Source: Candidatus Nomurabacteria bacterium (GTDB lineage: Bacteria; Patescibacteriota; Minisyncoccia; Phycocordibacterales; UBA918). Taken from it: a stretch of 64,000 nucleotides of DNA. This document shows positions 1-9,122 of this stretch, piece after piece; the stretch's first letter is position 1, and each line of letters opens with the position of its first letter. The translations under genes were made by a program, and so were the position numbers. The stretch lies in NCBI GenBank assembly GCA_020632075.1, contig JACKGH010000001.1:131216-195215 (forward strand). The letters run 5' to 3'. Under the pieces are notes generated by a model. That model was not told the DNA's origin. It made no database searches and saw nothing but the letters and a program-made list of their open reading frames with translations.

Positions 1-12
1 ACGACTCTGTTT

Positions 13-1719
13 GTGAGCGCCGCCCTTTGGGCGGCGCTCACTGCGTCTGCTTCAGCAGAGGTCATTACTCGCTTTGATGCACATATACATCTCCAAGATG
101 ACGGAGTAATGGAGGTGACCGAGACCATTGCGTATGACTTTGGTGCGGAGTCTCGGCATGGTATCTATCGTGATCTGCTTGGCGCACATCCGCAGGAAGC
201 GTCCCATTGGTATAAGGAGCGATATGTCGAAATAGAGCCGCTGAGCGTTACTCGTAATGGTCTACCAGAGCCATATGATGTGTCGGAGCGTGGCGATGAT
301 GTTCACATTCGAATTGGTGATGCTGGTACGTATGTGAACGGTGAACAGATCTATTCGATCACATATAAGGTTCGTGGTGCGCTCGCATCGTACAAAGAGG
401 GTCTAGAGCTCTATTGGAATGTTACCGGGTTCGATTGGCAGGTGCCGATGGAATTGGTGACCGTATCGATCGAAGCACAAGGTCAAGTACTGCTCTTGGT
501 TGATCAGGCTTGTTATGCTGGACCACCTGGTGAACCCTCTCCGTGTGACAGCAAGCAAACAAATGGTCGCATGGCATACTTTACTGAAAAGAATCTGCCA
601 GCTGGACACAATCTTACCGTCGCTCAAAAGATCACTGTGCCGACCATCCCGCCACCACTTGAGCGCTACAATTCACTGTTGTTGGGGTTTGGCCTGGTCG
701 TTGTTTGGTTTGGCGGCTTGATCACCTGGCTGTATCGCTGGCGTACCAAGTATCGTATCGAGCAAGCGATTGTGCCGCAATACGAGCCGTTTGAAGACTT
801 TAAACCAATGTTCACTGGTGTGTTGTTTGACAACCGCCTTGACTCGCGTGACATCACAGCTGGAATTATCTATTTGGCTCAACAGGGTTTTATTAAGATC
901 ACTCAAACGACGGAAAAGGTTCTGTGGCTATTTGAGACGACAGACTATGAGATAACCCTCTTGCGTCCTGAGTCTGAGACAGAGACCGAGTTTCAAAAGC
1001 AAATATTGTCTCTTTTGTTTAGATATGCAGGTGCGGTTGGGACGAAAGTTAAATTGTCTGAGGTGTCTCGTGACACTAGTAAGCAGCGGGTTAACTACCA
1101 AACTATTCAGAAAATGATAAAGGCTGTGGTCAAGGATCTTGTAGACTTAGGTTTCTTGGAGCAGCGTATCAATCGTGTGTATTTAACAGGCATTCCGATC
1201 TTTATTTTCTTGGTGATATACATTCAATTTGAGTATGGCATACACTTAGAGCTTCTCCATAGCGGAATCGTAGCCTTCTTTGTTGTTGCTTTTTTGAGTC
1301 TCTTTGCACTACTGCTGGTTGGTGGCGAACGACGGACACAAAAAGGGTACGCTGCACTCGATCATTTAAGTGGATTTAAAGACTTCTTGTCAACTACTGA
1401 GTCTGAGCGTTACAAATTCCATAATGCGCCAAGTAAGAGTCCTGAACAGTTCATGGAGTATTTGCCGTACGCGATAGCTTTTGGAGTCGAAAAGGAATGG
1501 GCTGAAGTGTTCAAGGACGTGCAGATCAATGATCCAAGTTGGTACAGTTCGAATGTGTCTGGTTCGCACTTTAGTGCAGGTGCTTTTGCAACTGACATGG
1601 GATCATTCGCAAGTGCGTTCTCTGGTTCGACGAGAAGCGGCGGTTCTTCAGGGTCGGGTTCTTCCGGAGGCGGCTTCTCTGGCGGTGGCGGAGGTGGCGG
1701 AGGTGGGGGTTCCTGGTAG
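13..1719 (+). CDS. DUF2207-like membrane protein, probably 5'-truncated by the window edge. It has an N-terminal beta-rich ectodomain, TM helices and a Gly/Ser-rich C-terminal tail.
   Basis: The long ORF reads open to nt 1. The motif EVITRFDAHIHLQDDGVMEVTETIAYDFG...HGIYRD is typical of the DUF2207 N-domain. Hydrophobic segments follow, and the C-terminus is a poly-Gly tail (GSSGSGSSGGGFSGGGGGGGGGGSW). A 13-bp-stem hairpin sits at nt 13-41, on top of the annotated GTG start. Confidence 0.55.
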   Translation: MSAALWAALTASASAEVITRFDAHIHLQDDGVMEVTETIAYDFGAESRHGIYRDLLGAHPQEASHWYKERYVEIEPLSVTRNGLPEPYDVSERGDDVHIRIGDAGTYVNGEQIYSITYKVRGALASYKEGLELYWNVTGFDWQVPMELVTVSIEAQGQVLLLVDQACYAGPPGEPSPCDSKQTNGRMAYFTEKNLPAGHNLTVAQKITVPTIPPPLERYNSLLLGFGLVVVWFGGLITWLYRWRTKYRIEQAIVPQYEPFEDFKPMFTGVLFDNRLDSRDITAGIIYLAQQGFIKITQTTEKVLWLFETTDYEITLLRPESETETEFQKQILSLLFRYAGAVGTKVKLSEVSRDTSKQRVNYQTIQKMIKAVVKDLVDLGFLEQRINRVYLTGIPIFIFLVIYIQFEYGIHLELLHSGIVAFFVVAFLSLFALLLVGGERRTQKGYAALDHLSGFKDFLSTTESERYKFHNAPSKSPEQFMEYLPYAIAFGVEKEWAEVFKDVQINDPSWYSSNVSGSHFSAGAFATDMGSFASAFSGSTRSGGSSGSGSSGGGFSGGGGGGGGGGSW

Positions 1720-1755
1720 TTGCGAACCTAAAAATTATAGTATTATTACAACACT

Positions 1756-2139
1756 ATGTCAGAAATTAATCGTATCTACTACAACAAGTTGGTCCGCGAC
1801 AACGTGCCGGGCAAGATCGACGCAAAGCATATCGAGTGTAATGTTCGGAAGGTAACTGATATTCAAGAGCTGCAGCAAGAGTTGTTCAAAAAGGTTCAGG
1901 AGGAAGCTGCGTCAGTAGCGATGTGTCGCACTAAGGAATCGTTTCTTGAGGAGTACAGTGACTTGATGGTTGTGCTCGATACGCTGATAAAGCAGCTGGA
2001 TATAACCAAGGAAGAACTGATCAATGCTCGCAAGAGCAACCTATTACAAAAAGGTGGCTATAAACATGGCTATTTCCTAAATTGGTCAGCTGATGTGCAG
2101 TACCGGTCACATGAAAGTGTGCAAGGAATTCCTCTGTAG
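1756..2139 (+). CDS. All-alpha NTP pyrophosphohydrolase (MazG/PRA-PH superfamily, house-cleaning type)
   Basis: The N-terminal YYNKLVRDNVPGKI matches the KLVRDKIPEI signature of COG4997-type MazG-like proteins. EE-x-x-D acidic motifs are present (QEEAAS, EEYSD). Confidence 0.5.
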   Translation: MSEINRIYYNKLVRDNVPGKIDAKHIECNVRKVTDIQELQQELFKKVQEEAASVAMCRTKESFLEEYSDLMVVLDTLIKQLDITKEELINARKSNLLQKGGYKHGYFLNWSADVQYRSHESVQGIPL

Positions 2140-2169
2140 AGTAGTATAAAGAGTGAATCCTGATACGGT

Positions 2170-3063
2170 ATGTCGACTTTGTATACGCACCAAGCAAGTA
2201 ATGTTCGGAAGACCTTTGCACTCATGGGGGTGTTTTTGGTGTTTGTGATCGCTATTAGCTATGGTGTGTCCTGGTATCTCAACAGTTCAGCTATCTTGTA
2301 TGTTGGCGTGATCTTTGCGGTTGCTACGAGCATTGGTAGTTACTGGTTCTCAGACAAAATTGTACTGCGTATGACTAATGCGCGCCAAGTCAGTCATGCT
2401 GAAGCACCCGAGTTGTACAATATCGTTGAGAACCTTGCTATCACCGCTGGTCTGCCAATGCCGAAGGTGTATATCGTAGAAGACCCCGCACCGAATGCTT
2501 TTGCGACCGGGCGGGATCCAGAGCATGCTGTTGTGGCTGCTACTACAGGCCTTTTGCAGATACTCGACCGCACTGAGCTTGAGGGCGTGATGGCACACGA
2601 GCTTTCACATGTGGGTAATCGCGATATGTTGGTCATGACCGTCGCGGTTGTTCTCGCTGGCTTTATTGCGATCTTGGCAGACTTTTTCAGTCGTACACTC
2701 ATGTACGGGGGCGGGAACAACCGTGACCGCCACCCCGCCTTTTTGATCATCGGTATTGTCGGTATCATTTTGGCACCGATCGCTGCGAAGCTTATTCAGC
2801 TGGCGATTTCTCGCAAGCGAGAGTATTTGGCAGATGCGACTGGCGCGCTCCTAACTCGCTACCCAGAAGGTCTTGCGTCTGCACTTGAGAAGATCAGCAC
2901 ACATGCGCAGCCAATGCGGAAAGCTTCGCATGCGACTGCGCACCTGTTCATTTCTGATCCATTTAAAGGAGAGCGGGGAGTGATGCAGAAGATCGGCGGA
3001 CTCTTTCAGACACATCCACCAGCAGAAGAGCGTATCGCGCGCCTGCGCGATATGGATGCGTAG
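2170..3063 (+). CDS. htpX: Zinc metalloprotease HtpX (peptidase M48)
   Basis: N-terminal TM helices; HEXXH zinc motif (HELSHVGNRD); the conserved GRDPEHAVVAATTGLL block and C-terminal region are typical of HtpX. Confidence 0.9.
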   Translation: MSTLYTHQASNVRKTFALMGVFLVFVIAISYGVSWYLNSSAILYVGVIFAVATSIGSYWFSDKIVLRMTNARQVSHAEAPELYNIVENLAITAGLPMPKVYIVEDPAPNAFATGRDPEHAVVAATTGLLQILDRTELEGVMAHELSHVGNRDMLVMTVAVVLAGFIAILADFFSRTLMYGGGNNRDRHPAFLIIGIVGIILAPIAAKLIQLAISRKREYLADATGALLTRYPEGLASALEKISTHAQPMRKASHATAHLFISDPFKGERGVMQKIGGLFQTHPPAEERIARLRDMDA

Positions 3064-3095
3064 TGTCGGCTTGGTGTGGTATAAAAGTACCCACT

Positions 3096-3182
3096 GGAGA
3101 GATGGCAGAGTGGTCGATCGCGCATCCTTGGAAAGGATGTATACGTGAAAGCGTATCGGGGGTTCGAATCCCCCTCTCTCCG
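3096..3182 (+). tRNA. tRNA-Ser (anticodon GGA), type II with long variable arm; CCA not encoded
   Basis: Cloverleaf drawn by hand. The acceptor stem GGAGAGA/TCTCTCC is 7/7. The anticodon stem CATCC/GGATG has loop TTGGAAA, giving anticodon GGA. The long variable arm is ATACG-tgaaag-CGTAT. The T arm is GGGGG-TTCGAAT-CCCCC. The discriminator is G73, as expected for Ser. Confidence 0.85.
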
Positions 3183-3190
3183 CAGTTGGT

Positions 3191-3700
3191 ATGAAAAAGC
3201 AAGATGCGCTTAGTATCATCATTACGTTCGTCATGGGTTTTGCGGCCGGTGTCTATTTGTTTTTGTCTCAGGCGGCACCAGTCGTGCATAAGTATGACGT
3301 TCCGACTGAAGAGAAGGTGAGTCAGTTTATGATCGTAGGTGATGTGTATGGTGTTTGTCGTAATACCTGCCCATCGTTCCAGGTACAAGCAGATGGCACG
3401 TATCGTTACCTATACACGCCGAGAGCGGGCGCAGAGCAGATCTTGCGCGAAGGGGAGTTGCCAGCTGAACTTAAGCGCAAACTACGATCAGCGCTCACTG
3501 TATCAGCACTGAACATGCAGTCGCGTGAGATCGAACCAGCCATCTGCAATTCCTATACTGATGGTATCGATATTTTGTACGACATTACCCTTGATGGTAC
3601 GCAGTATTACCTAGATTCGTGTGGTACCGATGTTGATCCAGACGGTGCGGTGTGGAGTACGCTCAGCGATGTATGGGACTACTTTGAGCGTGGAGCATAG
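3191..3700 (+). CDS. Hypothetical exported/membrane-anchored protein (N-terminal TM, Cys-containing ectodomain)
   Basis: The ORF starts 8 nt after the tRNA. It has an N-terminal hydrophobic helix, and no family was recognised. Confidence 0.45.
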   Translation: MKKQDALSIIITFVMGFAAGVYLFLSQAAPVVHKYDVPTEEKVSQFMIVGDVYGVCRNTCPSFQVQADGTYRYLYTPRAGAEQILREGELPAELKRKLRSALTVSALNMQSREIEPAICNSYTDGIDILYDITLDGTQYYLDSCGTDVDPDGAVWSTLSDVWDYFERGA

Positions 3701-3801
3701 GCTCATAGACAAAGCAAACGGGTGTGCTATGCTCCTTTCTGGGTTTGTGGCAAAGATTATCTTGCTACTTGTCAGTACAAAGAAATGGAGTGGAGGGAGT
3801 T

Positions 3802-4191
3802 ATGACAATCATCGAGTTGTTTCGGTCTCGGTTTGATGCGAATCTGGCTACGATCGCGATCGCTGTCTATGCAGGAGTAAGCGGTAACTTCGAGACGGTG
3901 GCAGATCTGCTGCTGGTCTGGGCGCTGATGCTGTACGTCGTCGATGTCTTCAAGACACGCACGTTTTTGTTCTGGGAGCACGGCCCGTCGTCCAGCTTTA
4001 TCCTGGCACACATCTCCGCCTGGGCAACGGTCGTCTACTACGTGGCAAATTTCAATGCAGAGTGGTCACGAAACGTCGTGGCCTTGCTCACGGTCTCGTT
4101 CATCCTCACGATCGTCTTTGGGTCGGTGGCGTTGATGAGCGCTGCTGACGAGAAATACAAGCACCTCATCCATCCTCGGCAGCCGCAGTAA
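3802..4191 (+). CDS. Hypothetical small integral membrane protein (3-4 TM)
   Basis: ATG at 3802 is preceded by GGAGGGAG (3792-3799). The protein is hydrophobic. The 3724 GTG start given in the ORF track is less likely. Confidence 0.5.
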   Translation: MTIIELFRSRFDANLATIAIAVYAGVSGNFETVADLLLVWALMLYVVDVFKTRTFLFWEHGPSSSFILAHISAWATVVYYVANFNAEWSRNVVALLTVSFILTIVFGSVALMSAADEKYKHLIHPRQPQ

Positions 4192-4209
4192 CTACTGCCG
4201 AATGAACAA

Positions 4210-4232
4210 GCCCCGCAGATGCGGGGCTTTTT
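4210..4232 (+). terminator. Rho-independent terminator (GCCCCGC-agat-GCGGGGC + TTTTT)
   Basis: 7-bp GC stem followed by a T-run, directly after the 3802..4191 CDS. Confidence 0.7.
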
Positions 4233-4267
4233 AGTGGAAATATTTTCTGTCTGCGTGCGTACGTCTT

Positions 4268-4306
4268 CAAAGCGGGCCAATTCCATTTTGGAATTGGCCC
4301 GCTTTG
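4268..4306. promoter_or_regulatory. Perfect 18-bp-stem palindrome (CAAAGCGGGCCAATTCCA-ttt-TGGAATTGGCCCGCTTTG) in the intergenic region
   Basis: Read directly from the sequence. No T-run follows on either strand. It lies between a terminator and the start of the next gene, so it is an operator- or RNA-structure-like element. Confidence 0.5.
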
Positions 4307-4403
4307 AAACTTCTCTAGCTTCCGTGTCGTAATAACAGAAGCAAGTGGTCGCGAACTTGCATTCGGATATATCAATCAATTGAAATTTGAACTATTGAAT
4401 ACT

Positions 4404-5003
4404 ATGCAATCAAAATCGTTCCTTATAGCTATCGCTGCATTTGCCTTGACCGCCACTGGAGTGCAGGCGTATGGCGGCGCAAAAATACTTGGTCGAGCAG
4501 GTTTGACCGAAGAACAGGTAGAAGCCATTGAAGAAGCTCGTGAACTACGAGCCTTGGGTGATCATACTGGCGCACGCAACAAACTCTTAGAAGCCGGCAT
4601 CGATGAGGAGACATTGCGATCCATGCGCGATGCGGCACGAGAGGTAAAAGATGCCATCAGAGAGGCAATAGAAGCAGATGATTATGAAGCCTTCAAAGTT
4701 GCTGTCGCAGACGCTCCGCTGGCAGACATTATCACCTCAAAAGCAGACTTTGAGCAGTTGGTGGAAGCACACGAAATGCGCATGGCCGGAGAAGTGCAGG
4801 TCGCGAGTGAGATACTTGACGAACTAGGTCTTGAACCACATTTTGGCGGACATCCACACCGTGGCGATATGCCGCAACTGCAAGAGCTTACAGATGAGCA
4901 GCGCGAGACACTTCAGGTGGCACATCAGGCAAATGACCGAGCTACTATCCAAGCGATCCTTGAAGAAGCGGGTATTGACCTTGGTCCACGACACATGCAC
5001 TAA
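4404..5003 (+). CDS. Secreted LTXXQ-motif protein (CpxP/Spy-like periplasmic chaperone family)
   Basis: Signal peptide MQSKSFLIAIAAFALTATGVQA. The helical protein has two LT-x-x-Q motifs (LTEEQ, LTDEQ) inside an internal repeat (...LEEAGID). The start is taken at ATG 4404 rather than TTG 4380. Confidence 0.5.
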   Translation: MQSKSFLIAIAAFALTATGVQAYGGAKILGRAGLTEEQVEAIEEARELRALGDHTGARNKLLEAGIDEETLRSMRDAAREVKDAIREAIEADDYEAFKVAVADAPLADIITSKADFEQLVEAHEMRMAGEVQVASEILDELGLEPHFGGHPHRGDMPQLQELTDEQRETLQVAHQANDRATIQAILEEAGIDLGPRHMH

Positions 5004-5041
5004 AAGACATACTTCACCACGTTAGCCTCATACGTATTACA

Positions 5042-5072
5042 AACACAGCCCTCGCGAGGGGCTGTGTTTGTT
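5042..5072 (+). terminator. Rho-independent terminator (CACAGCCC..GGGGCTGTG + T-run)
   Basis: GC-rich hairpin and TTTGTTTG directly after the stop at 5003. Confidence 0.65.
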
Positions 5073-5087
5073 TGCTATGATAGTAGG

Positions 5088-5738
5088 ATGAAGTATTTTA
5101 CGTCTCTCTTTTTGTGGCTGTGTTTGGTTGCGCCAGCAATGGCGTATCAGCTTACGGTGACCGAGGTGGACGAACCATATGAGATCGTTCCGATCGCGGT
5201 GGATGAATTCAATAAGCAGGTGCAGCTTGGTACACTCAACAATTTTCCGGTGATGTATGAATTTGTCATTGATTCGACGACGGAACTCTCATTTCAGCTG
5301 AGCGAAGTAGCACGAATTGAACCTACTGGCTTTTCACTCATGCTCGTGCGACAGAATGACGACGACGGTGGTGTGACCGAAGTAGTCCGTCAACCCGGCA
5401 ATGAAAATGCCTGGACACGCCTTAAAGACTCGGTGTACGGACTTACTTTTCTAGAAGGCGAGAAACTGGTGCAGGAGTTAACACCAGGGATGTATCGTCT
5501 TGAAGTAAGTACGCCAGTTAATATTGGCTCATATCGACTCACTATCGGTAGTGAATCAGATCCCCTCGGGTACTTCGCGACAGTTGGGCAGGTGCGTACG
5601 ACGCAGGCTCACTTTGGATACTCGATCGTACGTATGCTCATGTCTTCGTATGTATACTACCCGCTCGGCATCATTTTCTTGCTACTCATCATTCATCGCA
5701 CCTGGAAGTATCGTAATGTGATCAAATATGATTCTTAA
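5088..5738 (+). CDS. Hypothetical secreted protein with C-terminal TM anchor
   Basis: ATG 5088 is preceded by AGGA. Signal peptide MKYFTSLFLWLCLVAPAMA; the C-terminal hydrophobic helix is followed by a basic tail (HRTWKYRNVIKYDS). Confidence 0.5.
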   Translation: MKYFTSLFLWLCLVAPAMAYQLTVTEVDEPYEIVPIAVDEFNKQVQLGTLNNFPVMYEFVIDSTTELSFQLSEVARIEPTGFSLMLVRQNDDDGGVTEVVRQPGNENAWTRLKDSVYGLTFLEGEKLVQELTPGMYRLEVSTPVNIGSYRLTIGSESDPLGYFATVGQVRTTQAHFGYSIVRMLMSSYVYYPLGIIFLLLIIHRTWKYRNVIKYDS

Positions 5739-5818
5739 AGCGATCGTCATCATCATAGCGGCATTTGTTTTGTTTTATTTTGCCAACTTGGCGTTTTTGG
5801 GTGAGATGTAAATAAAAA

Positions 5819-5835
5819 GCCCGCTTAGAGCGGGC
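5819..5835. terminator. Bidirectional hairpin GCCCGC-ttaga-GCGGGC, overlapping the stop codon of the minus-strand gene
   Basis: It lies between convergent genes (5088..5738 plus, 5825..6460 minus) and is flanked by A-runs and T-runs. Confidence 0.55.
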
Positions 5836-6460
5836 GATGCGGGCGACGTAGTCCGTTTTTCCAGAGGACGTAATCAGTCTCGCGAATACGTGCTTGAGTA
5901 AATGACCTCATTTTTGCGTCGCCATAAAAAATGCTCGCAAGAGTTGTATCTGGGAGATCGCGAAGATCCCTGAGGTGCTGAATCCCGCTGCAGATAAGCA
6001 TCATGGCAGTTTCTTCCGTGAAGCCACTTTGACAAAGTTTACTCTGAGCTACTGATCGGTGTGGAATGTCATTCTTTTCCAGCCAGTCACTGACAAGTAG
6101 GTTTTTGGAAGCATTGATCTTTTTGCCGCCGGCAATCTCTTCAATTTCACACAAATAGAGATGTCTCAAGCCACGGTAGCGCTTGTAGCCTCGATCCCAG
6201 AAACGATGTACCTTACTCAGCTTCAGGTCGTCAGAGGGTATGATGGTGTCGTCAGGGGAAAATGCTAGCGATCTGGCTTGCAGTGCTTTCGACAATGATT
6301 CCAGGTCTTGAGGGTAAAGTCCTGGCGTTTTTCTTATTAGCGTCCAGGGCTTGTGGCGGGCAAGTTGTCGGAATGTTTTGATTTTTGCTCTTGAGAGTTT
6401 CCTCCGTAGAGTTTTGGTCAGTTGTTGCTCTTCTTGGATCAAGTTGGAATGTTCTGACAT
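5825..6460 (-). CDS. Putative HhH-type DNA glycosylase, Ogg2-like 8-oxoguanine DNA glycosylase/lyase
   Basis: GGKKINASKNLL resembles the G-x-K-EASHFLRN helix-hairpin-helix block of Ogg2-type enzymes. C-terminal DYVLWK resembles DLYLWY. I recalled the motifs from memory and ran no alignment. Confidence 0.4.
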   Translation of the reverse strand: MSEHSNLIQEEQQLTKTLRRKLSRAKIKTFRQLARHKPWTLIRKTPGLYPQDLESLSKALQARSLAFSPDDTIIPSDDLKLSKVHRFWDRGYKRYRGLRHLYLCEIEEIAGGKKINASKNLLVSDWLEKNDIPHRSVAQSKLCQSGFTEETAMMLICSGIQHLRDLRDLPDTTLASIFYGDAKMRSFTQARIRETDYVLWKNGLRRPHRPL

Positions 6461-6573
6461 CAGACTGTGCCTCTTGAAGTGTTGGTTATCTTAGGTCACT
6501 GTAGCACAGTCTATATTTGATACAAGTCATATAGACAAAAGCGTTAAAACAACGTATTCTAGCGGTGTTCGTG

Positions 6574-6604
6574 GGCGGCGGCCCTTTAGGGCCGCCGCCT
6601 TTCT
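6574..6604 (+). promoter_or_regulatory. Terminator-like hairpin (GGCGGCGGCCC-ttta-GGGCCGCCGCC + TTTCT) inside a divergent intergenic region, ~45 nt upstream of typA
   Basis: 11-bp GC stem with a T-rich tail on the plus strand. An imperfect inverted repeat CAGACTGTGC...GCACAGTCTA precedes it at 6462-6515. It is a possible leader/attenuator or small-RNA 3' end. Confidence 0.4.
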
Positions 6605-6645
6605 CAACTATTATCAGGAGCACAGAACGTTTATTTTTAGTATTT

Positions 6646-8430
6646 ATGTCACAAGAGATCCGTAATATCGCCATTATCGCGCACGTAGACCACGGTAAGA
6701 CCACTTTGACTGATGGTCTTATGGAATTCACAGGTTCACGCGACGAGGGTGCGTCAATGGACAGTAACCAGCTCGAAAAGGAGCGTGGTATTACCATTTA
6801 TGCCAAGAACACCTCGGTGACGTACAAAGACACCAAGATCAACATCGTGGACACGCCTGGCCACGCCGACTTTGGTTCAGAGGTAGAGCGGGTGCTCCGC
6901 TCGATCGACTGTGTGCTTCTTGTGGTAGATGCCCAGGAAGGCCCAATGCCACAGACTCGCTTCGTGCTCAAGAAGTCACTCGAACTCGGCCACAAGCCGA
7001 TCGTAGTGATCAACAAGATCGATAAGCCAGCCGCTGATCCAGCACACTGTGCAGACTTAGTGCTCGAATTATTCTGGGAGCTTGGAGCTTCAGAAGAGCA
7101 ATGTGAATTCCCAGTCGTCTACGCGATCGGTCGCGATGGAGTAGCGAAGCGCAACATGGAGGATGAAATGAAGGATCTTTCACCGATCCTCGATGTAGTC
7201 CTCGAACACGTGCCAGCAGCAAAGGTGTACGAAGAAGGGCAAGATCTCCGTGCGCAGGTATTCAACCTTGGCTACGACAACTTCCTCGGCCGACTTGCTA
7301 TTGCTCGTATCTACGAAGGCAAGATCGCGAAAGGTCAGCAGGTCCTTATGAAGCATAAGGGTGAAGAAATGCATAAAGGCAAGGTGGTAAAGCTCTCAAA
7401 CTACGTCGGTATTCACCCGATCGAGCAGGACGAAGCGTTTGCTGGCGACATTGTCATGATCGCTGGACTTGAAGATATTAATATTGGAGACACGATCACC
7501 GACAGTGAAGATGCTGAGCCACTGCCAGCAATCAATGTAGACGAACCAACAGTCGAAATGCAGTTTCTCGTGAACTCATCACCATTTGCGGGTCGCGAAG
7601 GGAAGTATGTGACTTCTCGTCAGATCGGTGAGCGTCTTGAGAAGGAAATGGAGATCAACGTTGGTCTCCAGGTAGAGCCAGCTGGCGGAGATGCATATAA
7701 AGTAAAGGGTCGTGGTGAAATGCACATCGCGATTCTCCTTGAGAATATGCGTCGTGAAGGCTACGAGCTTTCTGTTTCACAGCCACAGGTGATCATCAAG
7801 GAAGTAGACGGTCAGAAACAAGAGCCGTTTGAAGAAGTGACCATCGACATCCCAAGCGAATATCAGGGAGCGGTCATTGAGCGTCTCAGTAATCGTGGCT
7901 TTATCATGCAAAACATGATCCCGCACGAGAACCAAGTGCGTCTCCTCTTCGAAGGCCCAACTCGTGGTCTCTTAGGCTACAAGAACCAATTCATCATCGA
8001 CACACGTGGCGAGGGTATTCTTGCGTCACGCTTTATCGAATTCCGCGAGTACTATGGTGAGATCAAGAAGCGTCAGGTTGGCTCGATGATCTCTATGGAA
8101 AACGGCAAGGCACTCGCCTTCGCGCTCTTCAATCTCCAGGATCGTGGTGAGCTCTATATCGGAGCTGGTACTGAAGTCTACGAAGGTATGGTGCTCGGTA
8201 ACACCTCAAAGGGTGAAGAAATGACCGTGAACCCAACCAAGGGTAAGCAGCTTACCAACATGCGTGCTTCAGGTAGCGACGATGCGGTGACACTCATTCC
8301 ACACCGCCCGCTCTCGATTGAGATTGGTCTTGAGATCATGCAGGAAGACGAGTACCTCGAAGTGTGTCCAGAATCTATTCGCTTGCGAAAGCAGAAGCTG
8401 AAGGAAAGTGATCGAAAGCGAGGAAAGTAG
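6646..8430 (+). CDS. typA: Translational GTPase TypA/BipA
   Basis: G1 motif [10 protein letters not shown]; DTPGHADF; NKID. Overall EF-G-like domain order without domain IV; BipA-type C-terminal domain; 594 aa from ATG 6646. Confidence 0.9.
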   Translation: MSQEIRNIAIIAHVDHGKTTLTDGLMEFTGSRDEGASMDSNQLEKERGITIYAKNTSVTYKDTKINIVDTPGHADFGSEVERVLRSIDCVLLVVDAQEGPMPQTRFVLKKSLELGHKPIVVINKIDKPAADPAHCADLVLELFWELGASEEQCEFPVVYAIGRDGVAKRNMEDEMKDLSPILDVVLEHVPAAKVYEEGQDLRAQVFNLGYDNFLGRLAIARIYEGKIAKGQQVLMKHKGEEMHKGKVVKLSNYVGIHPIEQDEAFAGDIVMIAGLEDINIGDTITDSEDAEPLPAINVDEPTVEMQFLVNSSPFAGREGKYVTSRQIGERLEKEMEINVGLQVEPAGGDAYKVKGRGEMHIAILLENMRREGYELSVSQPQVIIKEVDGQKQEPFEEVTIDIPSEYQGAVIERLSNRGFIMQNMIPHENQVRLLFEGPTRGLLGYKNQFIIDTRGEGILASRFIEFREYYGEIKKRQVGSMISMENGKALAFALFNLQDRGELYIGAGTEVYEGMVLGNTSKGEEMTVNPTKGKQLTNMRASGSDDAVTLIPHRPLSIEIGLEIMQEDEYLEVCPESIRLRKQKLKESDRKRGK

Positions 8431-8506
8431 TTTTCATTTAAAAGAAGTATGTATAAAACTTGACGTTTTGTACGTACTAAGTAGTGTAGTATTAAAACTG
8501 TAAGTT

Positions 8507-8719
8507 TTGTGTATGAGTAAAAAAACTACAACACCAAGTTTTACTAAGCAGCACTATGGCAAGTGGGTCGCTTTAGGTAGTGGCGGTAAGATACTAGCTT
8601 ATTCAAGAGATTTAAAAACGCTCTCGAATAAGGTTGGTAATAAAAAAGTTGTCTACACGAAAGCTCTAGACCCTCGAAAGATTTACGCTTTTAGCAGCTA
8701 TGGCAGTACAAAGATTTAA
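8507..8719 (+). CDS. Small basic protein with GKWVAL motif (DUF5678-like?), in an AT-rich island
   Basis: 70 aa; its 3' end overlaps the next gene by 20 nt. Local GC is far below the window average. Confidence 0.35.
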   Translation: MCMSKKTTTPSFTKQHYGKWVALGSGGKILAYSRDLKTLSNKVGNKKVVYTKALDPRKIYAFSSYGSTKI

Positions 8720-9122
8720 TTACAGTTGCCAGATTGATGGAGCATCGGGTGATGTTTGTTGTGAAAGGCCTGTTATTGAAGTGACTCTTAGTAGCGGGGG
8801 GAAACAGTTTGTCACACATGGGTTGATCGATTCAGGTTGTGTATCGACGATGGCTGATTCAAGTATCGCTGACTTCTTAGGTATTGATTTAACAACTTGC
8901 CCAGAAACAGAAGTGGGAGGAATTTGTGGTGAAGGTACTGGGTATATGAGTGAGATTGATTTCTATGTCGCAGGTGGAGGTAAAATTTTTTCCGGCCCTG
9001 TTACCTTTGTACACAACTTGCCCTTTTCAATCTTGCTTGGACACAGAAACTTCTTTGATAAATTTGATATTTTGTTTAAGAAGTCCAAGGGTTATTTCAC
9101 CATTAATAGAGTAAGGGGGTAA
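8700..9122 (+). CDS. Retropepsin-like (clan AA) aspartic protease domain protein
   Basis: The motif hydrophobic-hydrophobic-D-S-G (GLIDSGCVSTM) matches the D-T/S-G-A catalytic signature. The downstream LLGHRNFFDKFDI resembles the retropepsin flap / ILG-x-DFL region. It sits in an AT-rich island. Confidence 0.4.
   Translation: MAVQRFNYSCQIDGASGDVCCERPVIEVTLSSGGKQFVTHGLIDSGCVSTMADSSIADFLGIDLTTCPETEVGGICGEGTGYMSEIDFYVAGGGKIFSGPVTFVHNLPFSILLGHRNFFDKFDILFKKSKGYFTINRVRG

Noticed and set aside
3621-3836. 71-aa ORF bridging the end of 3191..3700 and the start of the membrane-protein gene
   Set aside because: It overlaps two better-supported genes, and the GGAGGG RBS points to ATG 3802 in another frame.
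6486-6797. 103-aa minus-strand ORF across the typA start region
   Set aside because: It overlaps the well-supported typA N-terminus ([10 protein letters not shown]) and reads through the GC hairpin. It is a shadow ORF on the opposite strand.
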